Assembly: GCA_003344405.1 (NCBI GenBank)
Contig: NOWV01000025.1
Span: 310,001 to 374,000, forward strand
Direction of reading: 5' to 3'
DNA from: Trichoplax sp. H2
Taxonomy: Eukaryota
Length of the DNA stretch: 64,000 bases
Under the pieces are notes generated by a model. That model was not told the DNA's origin. It was given only the letters and a program-made list of their open reading frames with translations, and ran no database searches. Positions 51,160-64,000 of the stretch are shown here, in pieces. How positions within the stretch are numbered: the stretch's first letter is position 1; each line of letters opens with the position of its first letter. The position numbers and the translations under genes are program-made.

Positions 51160-54100
51160 CTAGAAATAAAAGTAGAAAACTGTCAGGTTGATACCTAAAA
51201 CATTGCTATGATATTCATTTGCTAGCATCAATCTACTTTAATTAATTGAGAAATACAGTTAAAAGTCTTCATTATATATCAGCCCTAGTTATTGTATATA
51301 ATTTACTCCATGGACATAGATTATAATTAAATTTGAAGCCTTGTGCAGACTATCTTTAGTATCATATTTATCCACAAGAGCAAGAATATTTATTTTACCA
51401 TCCGCACTCAAAACATATATCAATTATCTATCATGTTAACTGTATCGATAACTAATCGGTCACTTTATAAAATTACCGATCATTTCACAAACCACACATT
51501 ACACGGTATTTTTGCATTATGTCCCAGAATATTATAAATTCACGGTATCATTTACCTTACCGTTTTGTAAAATTGCGCAAATGCACATGGTAATTTTCAA
51601 GATGCTAATTTACTACAATAACCGCATGGATATTAATAGATTCAGAACGCACCAAATTAATATTTAGCATAATAGGTGTTTTGCTAACTTTTCTATTAGC
51701 TATAATAGCATTAAAAATATAAGTTCAATTTGTCTGGCACTAAAACATCAACGTAATACATACTAATATGATAAAATAATCGCACGAATCGATTTGGAAT
51801 TCGATAGTAGTGCTTGGTGATATGCATAAATTATTGTATTAATAAAATGTCATACGGAACTTCCTGATCAAAATTAATTTAAGTAATAAAATGTAGGTCT
51901 AAAAATAGAATAAAATTGCTATACCGCGCAAGTTGTAAATAGTCAAATAGCTAATGTGATTGTCAATAATAACGTAATCTCATAGAATGTAGCTTCAAGA
52001 AATGCCAAAATTTGCGTATGATAAAATAGCCTTTGAAGATACATTGACGGGTGTCCATTACCTACTTTATCTCAATCGTACACTCATTTAATTTAAAGTT
52101 ACAATTAAATTTTTTTACTTATTCCAATATTGATTGAAATAAGTAACAGTTATAATCAGCCCTGGTTGGATTTTGTCTTTTACTGCTTTAAATGATGAGT
52201 CAGCTACAAGACCATCTTATGTCCACATAATGCAGTCCTAATTAAAACTAGCTGCAGCTTAGATGTACAACAGACTATGCATTTCGCTAACAAACCCACA
52301 AACTTAACGCTAGATTAAAAGTATTCAATAAGCGAGAGTTCAATATCCAAACTATAGAGGATAATTTAAATAGTAGAGCTAAATCAAATCTAGAATAGTG
52401 TTTCATTTACAAATCGATCTTCGAATTTTATACTAAACTACCTACCGGCTACGAAGTTTCCGTCCCAATTTAATTATTTTAACGAATCATTGGGTATGGA
52501 TTTATCTAATTAATCTTATATATAATTAAACATTTTCTCCACTATTTTGTTCTAGATATTTAGCATTCTGCTAGCTGCCGTATTTTATATAAGAGAATGA
52601 AATTATATGATCAGTCAATCTTGATATTATAAGACTTCTGTTCATAACAAGTGAATAAACAGATGTTTATCTCCGATAGAAGGTCCAATTAGTGATCATG
52701 AAAACATGAATAAGGAAGCAAAACAGAATTTCAATAGTTTTGTTTTTCTTCTGGGCAAAACAACAACAACTTTGAATAAAATGATACTGTTGTTGAATTC
52801 TTCGAATTCAGTATTATGAACACCATCAGCTTTTGAAGTTTTAACCAAAAATCAGTCAACTATTCATCTTTTAGTAAAAAACTAGGGTATTATTTCCTAG
52901 ATCCTAAGGACCTGAAGAATTTTATAGAGATAGTCTTGCTTCAAAAGATGAACTTAGAATCCATTTGTTCCTCAATAAATGTAATAGATATTAACTTAAA
53001 TATATGACTTTACGCATGTTATTTCTTTCTAAAAATTGTTTCTATCATACGTACATACTGATGCCGTAGTGCATGATATGTGCTCAGTGAATTGAAAAAT
53101 TATCAATAAATTAGCAGACTGTATATTGTTTAGGCTATTTCCAGTTAATAAACAGCAACAATTGACTGTAATGTGTAGCCATTGCTAATAATTGATATAT
53201 TACCGTGTCTATGGCCATTGGTGGATAGTATTATCGACCAGAGAAGAATGATTATTCGCTAATTCACCAAATTGGTTATATATCCAGAGAAGATGCCAGA
53301 TACGCGATAAGATGAAAGGTTAGGATCGTTCGTATGAAAAATAATGAAGAATATTAGCTTCATTCGCTAACAAAGATGAAAATAGAACACAGATTACTAT
53401 TTGCTATTGAAGGAAGTAGTTAATTATTCTAGTAATATCGCAAAGTTATAGATAATAGATTCAAATTCAGATCCGTATAAATAAATGTTACAAATAATCA
53501 AGATAATTAACTGCGACAGTTAATTACTAAATTTTTCATGGTAGACTGACTTATTAAGGTACAATACTGTTCGTTTGAGTAAAATTAGTAAAAAGGGTTG
53601 TTGATGATCGTGATGATATTCTCTTAACGATAGATATATTATTATAGTATAGCTATACCAATATTACTCGCATAGTTCTAATAACATCAACTAATATTAA
53701 TGTTGTATTGAAATCAAATACAAAGGCTGATACCATGGCAGAATTGGAGACCATATGCATGAAGGCAGTAACTTTTAACAAAAGAAAGTGACTAATCTTC
53801 TATCTGTTCCATCGCATCAACATCATATTAAAATCAATATTAAAGTTGTGAATAATGACTAATCTTATCTTCTAGTTCCTATCAAAACCATACGTTAGCG
53901 ATCTTAAAATTCGAAATCGTAGTCCCAATGATATCATAATGGAAATACTTATATATTCTTCAATACTGGAATTGGAAGTAATTTTAATGTAACACGATAA
54001 AAAGTAATCTTCCGTTTCGGTTTATTTCGGTATTGTGTTGAATTCAAATGTTTAAATTACAACCATAGCCATTAACCATATTGTCGGATCCGTAGAAATT

Positions 54101-54941
54101 CTTTTGCCAAATGGTTTAGACTAATCTTCTATTTTAGTTACAGTCATCGTTTTGGAGTAAAGTAGCTGAGCATGATATAATTTCTACTAGATGTTCGTAT
54201 GCAAGGCAGTATTAATTTTTCTGAATTAGACGGAGTCTAGGCGGTCAGCCGCTTTAAGAATTCGCTATAGAGCATCAATTATAATCAATTGTATTTTGAT
54301 ACGAAATATTAAAGACCAATCTGTTTTTCATAAGAGATATAAAATTCCGACTATGTTCATAAAATTAGCATATTTCTTTTCCGATACTTAAAAGGGTAAA
54401 ATATCTTTAGTTACAGCTAGAAGATTAGATATATTCCGTTTTGTGACTTGAATAGTTAACTTACTGAGCCTTTTTATAGTAACAGGCAGCAATGACTAGT
54501 TCCAGTAATTGCTAGCGTAGATATTGCGGCACTCATTCATCATATACCGACCAGGGATTTTAAACGAGTTAGAGATCATGCTGTAAATATTCTGAATTTC
54601 TATTAAACCATTAGCAATTGCCGTTTCCGAATCATCTACCACCGATAAAGGGTTTTCACGGGAATAAATACGCATATGTCATAATACGATGAATAGCTTG
54701 TAATCGATATAAATCTAAAGACAGGCCGTGATGAATTTCGCATATAAATTCTATTATAAAATCTTTCCTATTTCTACCCTTTGGTGGGTTTATTTTATAG
54801 AAATTGTGCAGAATTGACTAATATTAACATAAGAATGTAAAATTAAACGATTCTCGGTAAGATTGACGATATATATGTGATAAAGATCGCACACCTCATC
54901 ATGAATGATCCTAACTTTAAGTTTTCTAAAAATTCGGCTGT

Positions 54942-55420
54942 TTCAATAATTTTTGTTAAACATTTCTATACTTTAAGCTTTAAGATTTTTATATTTGTAC
55001 TACGAAGAAATCTGTAATACATATTAAATTGATGTACAGTCAGTTCACAAATCCTGTTAAAGTAGATTAAACTAAGCTGGTCAATGATTATATCCAGNNN
55101 NNNNNNNNNNNNNNNNNAATACGAGGCGTTTAAGTCTTTGTGTAGTCTGCTAGTAGAGCAAAAGTGTTTGTGATAGTGCAGATATCGTTCCTTGATACGT
55201 GGTTCAAGGAATTGACTTATTGATCGTATATTGCGTTATCTTGTTGCAAAGCTGTTTTGTGACATTCAATAATTTTTGTTAAACATTTCTATACTTTAAG
55301 CTTTAAGATTTTTATATTTGTACTACGAAGAAATCTGTAATACATATTAAATTGATGTACAGTCAGTTCACAAATCCTGTTAAAGCAGATTAAACTAAGC
55401 TGGTCAATGATTATATCCAG
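54942..55420. other. 20-N scaffold gap (55098-55117) with a near-identical 156-bp sequence on both sides
   Basis: 54942-55097 equals 55265-55420 apart from one visible substitution (agtagatt/agcagatt). The first copy ends exactly at the gap. Confidence 0.9.
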
Positions 55421-58400
55421 CAGTAATAGCTCGTGGAATAAAAAAGATGTATAAAAAGATAGCGTACCTTATAAAATATGCGATTGTGTAATTGTAACCA
55501 GTTGAAATTTGGGGTTATAATATATAAGTAAATCAAATCATAGTCCGATTCTCATTTCATGAGGTCAAATAAAAACGATATTGATTTGAAAAGCTTTAAA
55601 CCGAAATGTGCCATACTAATAGTAAGTAATTTAAATCTACTGAAGGTATTTAAGTAAACAAGGAATAATAGTATGGTTCGAAATCGCCTTAAATCTAGTG
55701 AAAATTTACTGCTGATATTAAAAATTTCTACACTGAAATCTGAAATTAAAATTCTAGTCATAATTTAAGTTATACAAATAAGCTAAAATAGATTTTAGCA
55801 GGGTATTAGAAAGTTTTTCTTGCCTTAAAATCCACTACTTACTGATTGACTAGATGCATATTTGAAGCGGTATTAAATGAAATAGGATATGATATTAAAA
55901 GTAGTATATATCCTGTGAGCATTTTTTGTATATATACACGTATACTTTTATATTAATATTTTATACGTCAGTTTGTAAGAATTTTCCTAACAGAACTAGT
56001 TGGTAAACTTCGTATTTATTATAAAGGACTCATATTTTGCGTACATTCAGTTATGATTGCATTAATATTATTATCGTATCAAAAGCAATTATATAATTCG
56101 TATCATTTTAAGCCAGTAAATAACTAAAAATATCTGAATTACGATCAAAATTTCAGATTAAGATATTTGCAAGACACGCTTTAGTGATAAAATTTACCTG
56201 AAACTTCCTATCCTTTCTCTTAATCATATCTGCTTTCAGCAAGTTAAAGCGATTGAGAAATTATAAATACGAGAAAAACTTGAAGTTTACGCGGTAGTGT
56301 TATATCAATTCAGCTGACTAAGAAAAAATGTTCTTGATTGACTTATAATTGATTGGTAGACAGCTTGTAATTGTAATTCTTGATCGTAAAGTAACTTAAG
56401 CAACTAAATTTTCAAAAGATGGCAAAAACTATCCTCACGATGAACTGAATTATGAAAATGATGTGTTTCTAATTGCACAAATTCGGCATAATTTACAAGC
56501 CATTATCTACAAATTCATAAAATTCTATAGTTGATTAGTTTTTGTTACAATTTAATCATTAATTATCTTCCCTTTTCACGTCATATCTGTGTACTATTTA
56601 TTAATTGTAAGGGGAAGTTGGGCATGTGTTTTAAGAAATAATACGGCTATTAAAAGTGAAGTTAGCATTGTTTTAATGGAGTTATGCTATGCAAAATTAA
56701 CTGTCTAATGAATACTGGAATCCAAGTTAGTCGAAAATACAACTTTATTTAATCTATTATATCCTTAGCCACGATAACAGATTCATGTATAGGTAATGCA
56801 TCGTTACAGCCATTTCATACATATGCTTCGCAGCTGAAGTTCACTTATTATGCCACACTTGAAATTTCGTTTTTTTAACAACAATGTTTCCAATACAGAA
56901 AAATAATACTCAAAATTTAGATTCATACTATGGAAATTTCTGCCTCTATCTATTGATGACATTTTTATCTGGATGTAAATAATAAAATCAATGCATTGAT
57001 GGACTGGCGAATTAATGAGTTAGTTTAATTTAATTAGATTTTCCGAAGCAATTCCATAGAAATTGTTACTGGAATCACCTCAGATAAAAACGTTATATTG
57101 TATTTAATCGCTGATTGCAATAATTAAAGTTTTTGCAAGACATGCAAATAAATATTAAATTTTATATCCGTCACAGCGATATTCATTATGAAAGAATTAT
57201 TTTAAATGCTTTAAAGTTTACGAAGGATGACTACGAATGGAATAATATCTAAAATTAAACTAACAATACATATCTTTCATTATGATTTCGGTTACAAGAA
57301 TTTCACTAAAAATTCTGTGGCAAAGCAAGTTGATTAATTAAGTTAATTCTTTTAAATATTTTACTTAATATTTTTCAGATTAGAATATTAAGTATCATAT
57401 TTTATCATATAAATATGCTAACATCATTTATCAATTGAGTTGCAGCGTAATTTTTGAAATCATGATGAAACAAACTACAATACTTTAGGCTCAATATGGT
57501 GCTAAAACGGAGGTAATGAAATATAGATAAATTTTTTATGTACTCATTACCCTATTCAAGCATAAATGATCAAATTATATAATACGTTTCACAATTATAA
57601 ATTGTAGGTGTAAATGATCTAGCTGACGATCCGATTTACTAATACATTTATTTGATGTCACCACCATGGTTCAATAATGAGCTACTACTTTTAGAATTGC
57701 TTTATTTATCATTAATCAATCTTATATATATAGTATACCGGAATTCTTAATTAAAGAAAATCAATAGATTATTGATTAGTATCAAATGTACTAATTTACG
57801 AGTATAAAATAAAATTAAAGTTTTTAAAAGTAAATATCGATAGTAGTATAGTATTAGAAAGATAGAAAGGACAGGCAACATTCGTTCTTATTTTCATTCA
57901 TATCTGTAAATTTGGATCAAATATTATTAATAATGTTATTCTGATTGATAAATTGGTGATTATAGTTATTAACTGCCTTTGACTAGACATTATTGACATA
58001 AAAGTGGCTATAAGCAGGAAGTCTAACATTTTAGGATTGGAAAGTATTTATGATTATAAAAAGTACCGATATAATTAGGGGAGGCTCTCTCAAGGCTAGT
58101 GCCATTAATTAGACCTAGATTTAAACGTAAAATCATTATAAGTTTAATAGGTGCATGTACGAATTTAGTAGACCTTTGCTTAGGCAACCGCTATGGATCA
58201 ATAACTGGGCTTACTAGAAAAATAGGATATAGCATATAATATCTTGAGATCTTGATATAATACTTTTACTGTTTTTAGAAAATGAATTCTATTTTGCTTA
58301 ATTTTATCTTTAACTGTGATATTTAACATATCTTAAAGAGTTTTCAAGAACAAACTATTCTTATTAGAGAGTAAACCCACATGTCAACAGAGAAGTTTTT

Positions 58401-59589
58401 CTTCACTCGATATCGTTCTTTCCCTTACATAATAGCAGGATAACAATTCGGAAATTATTGTTATAGGCCAATAATTACCGGTTTTTATTACATATTTAAG
58501 GCTTACACATTGCCGATTGTATTTGCTCATTGAGACTTTGTACATGCTCATCAAAAGACTGTATACCTACGGCACGTACACTATCTAGATATGTGATACA
58601 TGCTGTCAGAATTACTAATAACTGACGCAGCGAATATAGAATTTATCATAGCTGAATTTAACGGATACCGGAGCCTTAAAAGCTGCTATTGTGATTATAG
58701 TTATAAAGCTTTTAGACTATGCTTTGAAAATAAAAGAATCTTGGTAACCAATTACTTTGCGGGGGATATCAAATAGAGGTATTTAAAGTAATATCATGAA
58801 AGTAGAACGTAACTTTTTGTAAAAATTCTTCTGCCACCTTCCGTGAACAATCCTCAATTGAATGAATTAACAACAATGGCTGGAAAGTGCGGACATAACT
58901 AGCGCCAAATGACCCCGACAGAGTAGCCTCACTATCGTTCTCAAGTGATCAATCAGGAAAATATACTTATTATGATAAAGTTTTATTGTATGTAAATAAT
59001 GCTAGCCATAAAATACACACAAAATAGTATAAATCATACATAAATGATGATGGCTATTTTTTCTTTACTAGAAAGTTGATTAATTTTATCATCTACTGAA
59101 GCTACTTTTTGATGTTTGATTAATTAAAAATTATATTCAGGGATATTGAATATTTCGTAGCATACAAATGATAATGATTTCTTGGTATGATTAGTATATT
59201 ATCTAGAAAATTAAATTTTCTTTATCGATGATATTTTTGGCGATGTCATAAAATGTTGTTCCTATTGCCAAATACTGTGCTGTGTATACGTAAGTGACAT
59301 GGTTAATTTATGAACCCAGTGGCTAGTGTTATTATTTTAATGCATGGTTTAGGAAAGGTCTACAAATCTGTGTCGGATAAATTAATGAATTTTGCTATAC
59401 TTTTATTATAGGCGCCGCTATAATAACTGCGGAAAACCTAATTATGAAATAGTTACTAGGATCAGTACTATTGTACAAAAATATGCTGCTAGACTATACT
59501 TTATGTTAACTGCAATGAATCGAGTTCTATGTTTTAGAACTAGGTTTAAAAAGGTACATCTAAAGCTGTAGAATGTTTACGATCTTGCA

Positions 59590-60330
59590 TCATAACGTTA
59601 ATATGATTGAGTAAAGAAGGCTAACAGTTTTTATTCAAATAGATTTGTACTGATCAAACCTACCCTACTCATTATTTCATGTCTAGATACCCTAAAATGT
59701 GGTATATAATATTGAATACTACGACTATTAAAGGATACTGCCAATTTTCAACCGTTTTGTATCTTAAATTTGTAACAGATAATAAAGATTAATAAGAAAT
59801 TTAGATCAATATATCATATGAACTTAATTTAGCTGATCTTCCTAAGCTCATTATACGAGTATAATGAAAGTTAGATCAGATACAATATTCTATCTGATCC
59901 CGAGTACTACAGAAGCATCTGCATATAACGGTAATAAACTATAATAATAAAGATACCTCTAAAGTGTACAAATGATTACAATCTTGTGTCTTAAAGTTAA
60001 ATGAGATTGAGTAAAGTAGGCTAATATTCTTATTCAAATAGAATTGAAGCTTAAACCTATCTTTGACATTGTTTTAGGTATAAATACCCTAAAATGTTGT
60101 ATATAGGATTAAAATACTATGGCTATTCGAGAATACTGCTGATTTTTTAGCTGTCTTGTATTCTAAAATTAGAACGAATTATGAAAACGAATAAGAATTT
60201 AGATCAATAAATCGTATAAAATTAACTTAGTTGATTATCCTTAACTCATTCTATATAAAGTTGCATCAGATACAATATTCTACCTGATCTAGAGTACGAC
60301 AGAAGTATCCACACATGCGGCGATAATAAA
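59590..60330. repeat. Diverged tandem duplication, ~400-bp period, 2 copies
   Basis: gattgagtaaag.aggctaa...ttattcaaataga...ataccctaaaatgt...tcagatacaatattcta.ctgatc...cagaag starts at ~59606 and again at ~60005. Confidence 0.9.
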
Positions 60331-63300
60331 TTCATAACCTATGACTTCTTTATTAAGTGATGCGGGTACCTTCTGCTTATCTGAAAATGAAGTTGGGCAA
60401 TATTGAGTTGAGTTGAAGTTGTGATTCAAGCTAGCTAAAGCATGTATATTTCTATCCCTTTGATCAGAAAGTTATCCATCGGATAAGGAGTAGAAGAGGA
60501 CTGATAATTGAAGCACAGAAACCGACATTTGAAGAATTACCCTAACTAATAGCAAGCTAGAAGCTAGTCTACTAGCTGAACGAAGAAATAGTATAATTGC
60601 TCTACGCTATCTTCTTGTGCTATAACTTCGATCATGACACCATGATAATTAAAGCCATTGGCCATATTAAATGTAAATTAGATTGGTATCAGCAGGTTTG
60701 CGGAACCGCTAAGGCCTGCTTATCGATGCCTACACTTGATTCTATTAATTGGACGGCTGAAATTTATATAAGGTACTAAATCTAATCAAAGCAATAGCTA
60801 TGTTAATGCAAAAAGCATTGCAAATAATTTATTTAGTCACGTACTAGTAGACTGGAAGGAGAGATAAATTGTTTTTCCATGTCGAATCAGACCGTTAGGT
60901 TATTCCAGAATAAATGATGGAGTAAGAAATATATTCTTTCCTTCGTTCCTAACAATAGAATGATAACGATTAGAATCCTAACTAAGAATTAGTAGATTAT
61001 AATCTGAAAGGCTGATTCTATCTGATACGGAAGGATTGTGGTAGTAAGAAACACCAGTCATGATATTGAGGTCAGAGGTGTGGCTCCTATCGAACAGAAT
61101 ACAATTTTAGCCGTAGGCGATGTAAGCCCCTGTTGATTGTCTTCTGAAAAAACCTTTTATACCCCAGCACTAAAAGATAATAGTTTCGCATACTAGTCAT
61201 GGTAATTCTACTGTAATTTGAGTTATTACTTTGTAGATGTACTATAATTCTAGCGCATTGTCATTCCACCAATGAACTACTTGCAGCTCATAATAATTCC
61301 AGAATAATATCGGTAGGTGATGACTTGGGAAGGAATTCTGAATTGCTAATCATTACCCTAGTAAAGGATATTGTAATAGAGGGTATGGTACGCTGTTGCA
61401 AAATAATTTCAACTTGATTCTAACAGTCTCACTTCATGACGTGGCTTGCTTAATTTTTAAATGTGGAGAATAAGTAAGAAATTATTAATCAATCCATTTT
61501 CTATCGCCTAATTGGTAAGTGGAGCGAATTCTTCTTAAATTTTCCAATTTAGCATTTAAACAAGTCGACTTAAGTCGTAGCTTGTGGTTTTGAGTTATAA
61601 TTTCAATTCCTTTAATCGTAAAGATTTCAGTAATGATCGTGACAATGACATTATCACAAATTTGTGTTTCTGTCTCTTTTGGATTATGTTGCTATGTAGT
61701 AGAATCTTAAAAAGAAGTTATTTTATGGCTCGTTAAATTCACTTAGTTTGCAGAATTAGCTATTACTGACTTAAAAAGGTGGATATAATTATTCGCTAAA
61801 ATATCACGTAGATGGTTTTTTATAATCTCACAGCAATAGCTATACGATTATCAGCAAATGAATCACGTTAAAATATTACCGATATCTCTTCGTTAAACCC
61901 ATAAAAGTAAAAACATCTTGTTTTTACCTTTATGGTGAAATCATTAAATATTTTATAGTCGCTATTCCTTTGGTGAAATTGATGTATTTAATTTAAATCT
62001 TGTATAACAAGATTGCAGAACATCAATGACATGGTCTTATTTTATTCATAAAGTATCTTTCTCATCTTTTAAATCTCACGTAAATTTATTTGCTAAAGTT
62101 TGTCAGTATGTGGTTTTATCTGTAGCGGCAATATCGGAACGTAATGTTACTTATTTCGCTGATGTAATTAGTTCTCTCTATTATGGTTTTACCGCTGGTT
62201 CATAGTAGAAGTAGCTCTTTTTATTTACTTTCAAGACTGCCATCAGTTCATATAGGATTATTTGTTATGATAGTTTATCTAAATATATCGAAGCATTGAT
62301 TCTGTTGTCAAAAAATGCTATAATTCGTCATTTAGAAGAAATTTTAGTTCAGATTACATCGAGTTTCGTCTAATTTGTATAGAGGTAAGAAATAGCACTC
62401 AGATTTGTTCCTAACTAGTACTGAGATTACTACTTCAAAGAATGTAATTAGGAATGACATTTTTAACAGTATTTATTAAGAAATATTTTATAATATTGAG
62501 ATTTTAACCGATATGAAAATTATTAATATTTCGGATCAATTTTAGACGTAAATGTTGTATATTTATCAGAATAAGATTTAATGTAGCTGATAGTTAGGTG
62601 ATTAAATAACTTCATATCAGTAATAAGAGAAAGTCTTTCAAGTTTTCTCGAAAGCCTCTATTTGAACCTCTATTGATATAATGAACATGCAATCGAGGCA
62701 AATTTAACAGCACATAATCAAATTTTGTAGTAAATTGATATGCATTATTTTAATAATGAGATAAAATATTTGCATTAAGAACAATACGAAAGCTTCTAAT
62801 TAAGCTTCGCTAGTTAATAATATACCATAAGACACACAAGCAAGTAATTTTTTATACGCGTTATACTTTGAGTTTCTCAACGACGATTTTTAAGGCTAAG
62901 AGCTGAAATACGGCACTACAGCTCATCAAATGTATTTCTGAAAACTTCATAATATTCTTCCAGAGCTAATAATTGTAATAAAACACAGTCTCAGAAAAGT
63001 CTAGAGCCGACAAATTATCTGTTTACCAGTTACTTACTTTAAAAGATTTCGATTTTGCCTAGAGTAATTTAACAAAAGAAATTTAACTAATAAGATCTAG
63101 GCAGTTGTCATGACATGATCTCGCTCTTGTCCTACCAATTTTTACTTATGGAAACGAGTCGATGAATCTGTAATATATGTTAGACCCTATTCTTGTCAAA
63201 GCAACATGCGAAAATATTGCACTGTAGTTGTAGCAATTTTAGCGCGAATTTGACTCAAGTAATAAAATTGACATTGATAACGGCGAATTTTCTGTAGTGC

Positions 63301-64000
63301 TATTTCAAAATTTAGAAGCTTACGGTATCAAATTGAGATCGAAAGTGCAGTTGTTCTGCTGGAAATAAATACCGTCTAGGGAGAATAAGGTTTACAATAG
63401 AATTAAATCTCTTTATGAACTTACTTACTTAAAATGAAGTATTAAACTAGTGGTTAACCTTGACATTCTTAGGAATGGCGCATAAAATCTGCCTTTTTAT
63501 CAGTATATACCCATATGAAAATTAAGATAAATTATGCATTTTTTTCTAATACAGCAAGTCTCGTTAGAATTTATTTCCTAATTTTAAATCGAAAAGGGGA
63601 AAATTTATCCGGATATAAGTTAAAAATTAAAAAAATGCAAAAAATTAATGTATACGGGACATTGTGAATTTAGATTAAAGTAAGATCAGAAGCGGTTACA
63701 CGTAATTCACAGGAAAAAGTTAATATTGACAGCTCCAGTAATTGGATAGAATGTATTATTCATATTTGATTATAATAATAAAAATCTTAATTTAATTATT
63801 TAAGTGCAATTGCGAATCACTGTCTAGTTTGTAAAATTTTAGTCTAATTTTATAGTAGCATAATCTTATATTACAACTACCTGCTAGATAGTTTAATTTT
63901 AAATTCTTAGCAACAATGCGGCCAATTATTTCCAGTAATAAATTAGACCTCGATGGGTAGTTTCTCTGTGTCGTAAATTTCTAAATTAGTTTTAAAAAGT

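Noticed and set aside
61045..61121. Isolated plus-strand exon-like segment (RNTSHDIEVRGVAPIEQNTILAVGD|gtaagc)
   Set aside because: No compatible neighbouring exons or recognisable motif were found.
1..64000. tRNA, rRNA, snRNA genes and autonomous transposons
   Set aside because: No cloverleaf or box A/B pattern, rRNA-like tract, or RT/transposase motifs were seen by eye. tRNAscan-SE, Infernal and RepeatMasker would be needed to exclude them.

Overview
AT-rich, intron-containing animal DNA with short GT-AG introns. The compact style suggests a basal metazoan such as a placozoan, but that is inference only. Most ORF-track entries are exon fragments or shadow ORFs. Three well-supported spliced genes: (1) a minus-strand Trithorax/MLL (KMT2A/B-type) H3K4 methyltransferase, ~14.8-23.5 kb; (2) a plus-strand secreted CUB + trypsin protease, 31838-35168, 407 aa; (3) a minus-strand adhesion GPCR with C-type lectin, long Ser/Thr stalk, GAIN/GPS and 7TM, ~41.1-51.2 kb. 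The most unusual part is the first ~13 kb. It has no long ORFs but holds an 11-exon gene built almost entirely of 15-52 nt micro-exons (minus strand, 9688->4358). All splice phases chain into a 158-aa protein with two hydrophobic segments and a C-terminal CxxxxCxxC motif, which I do not recognise. Two further tentative micro-exon genes flank it, and many introns are filled with their own degenerate minisatellite. Also present: a 92-bp tandem array, a degenerate foldback element, several local duplications, and a likely assembly artefact at the 20-N gap. No tRNA, rRNA, CRISPR or transposase was recognised. All gene models were read by hand and lack transcript support.
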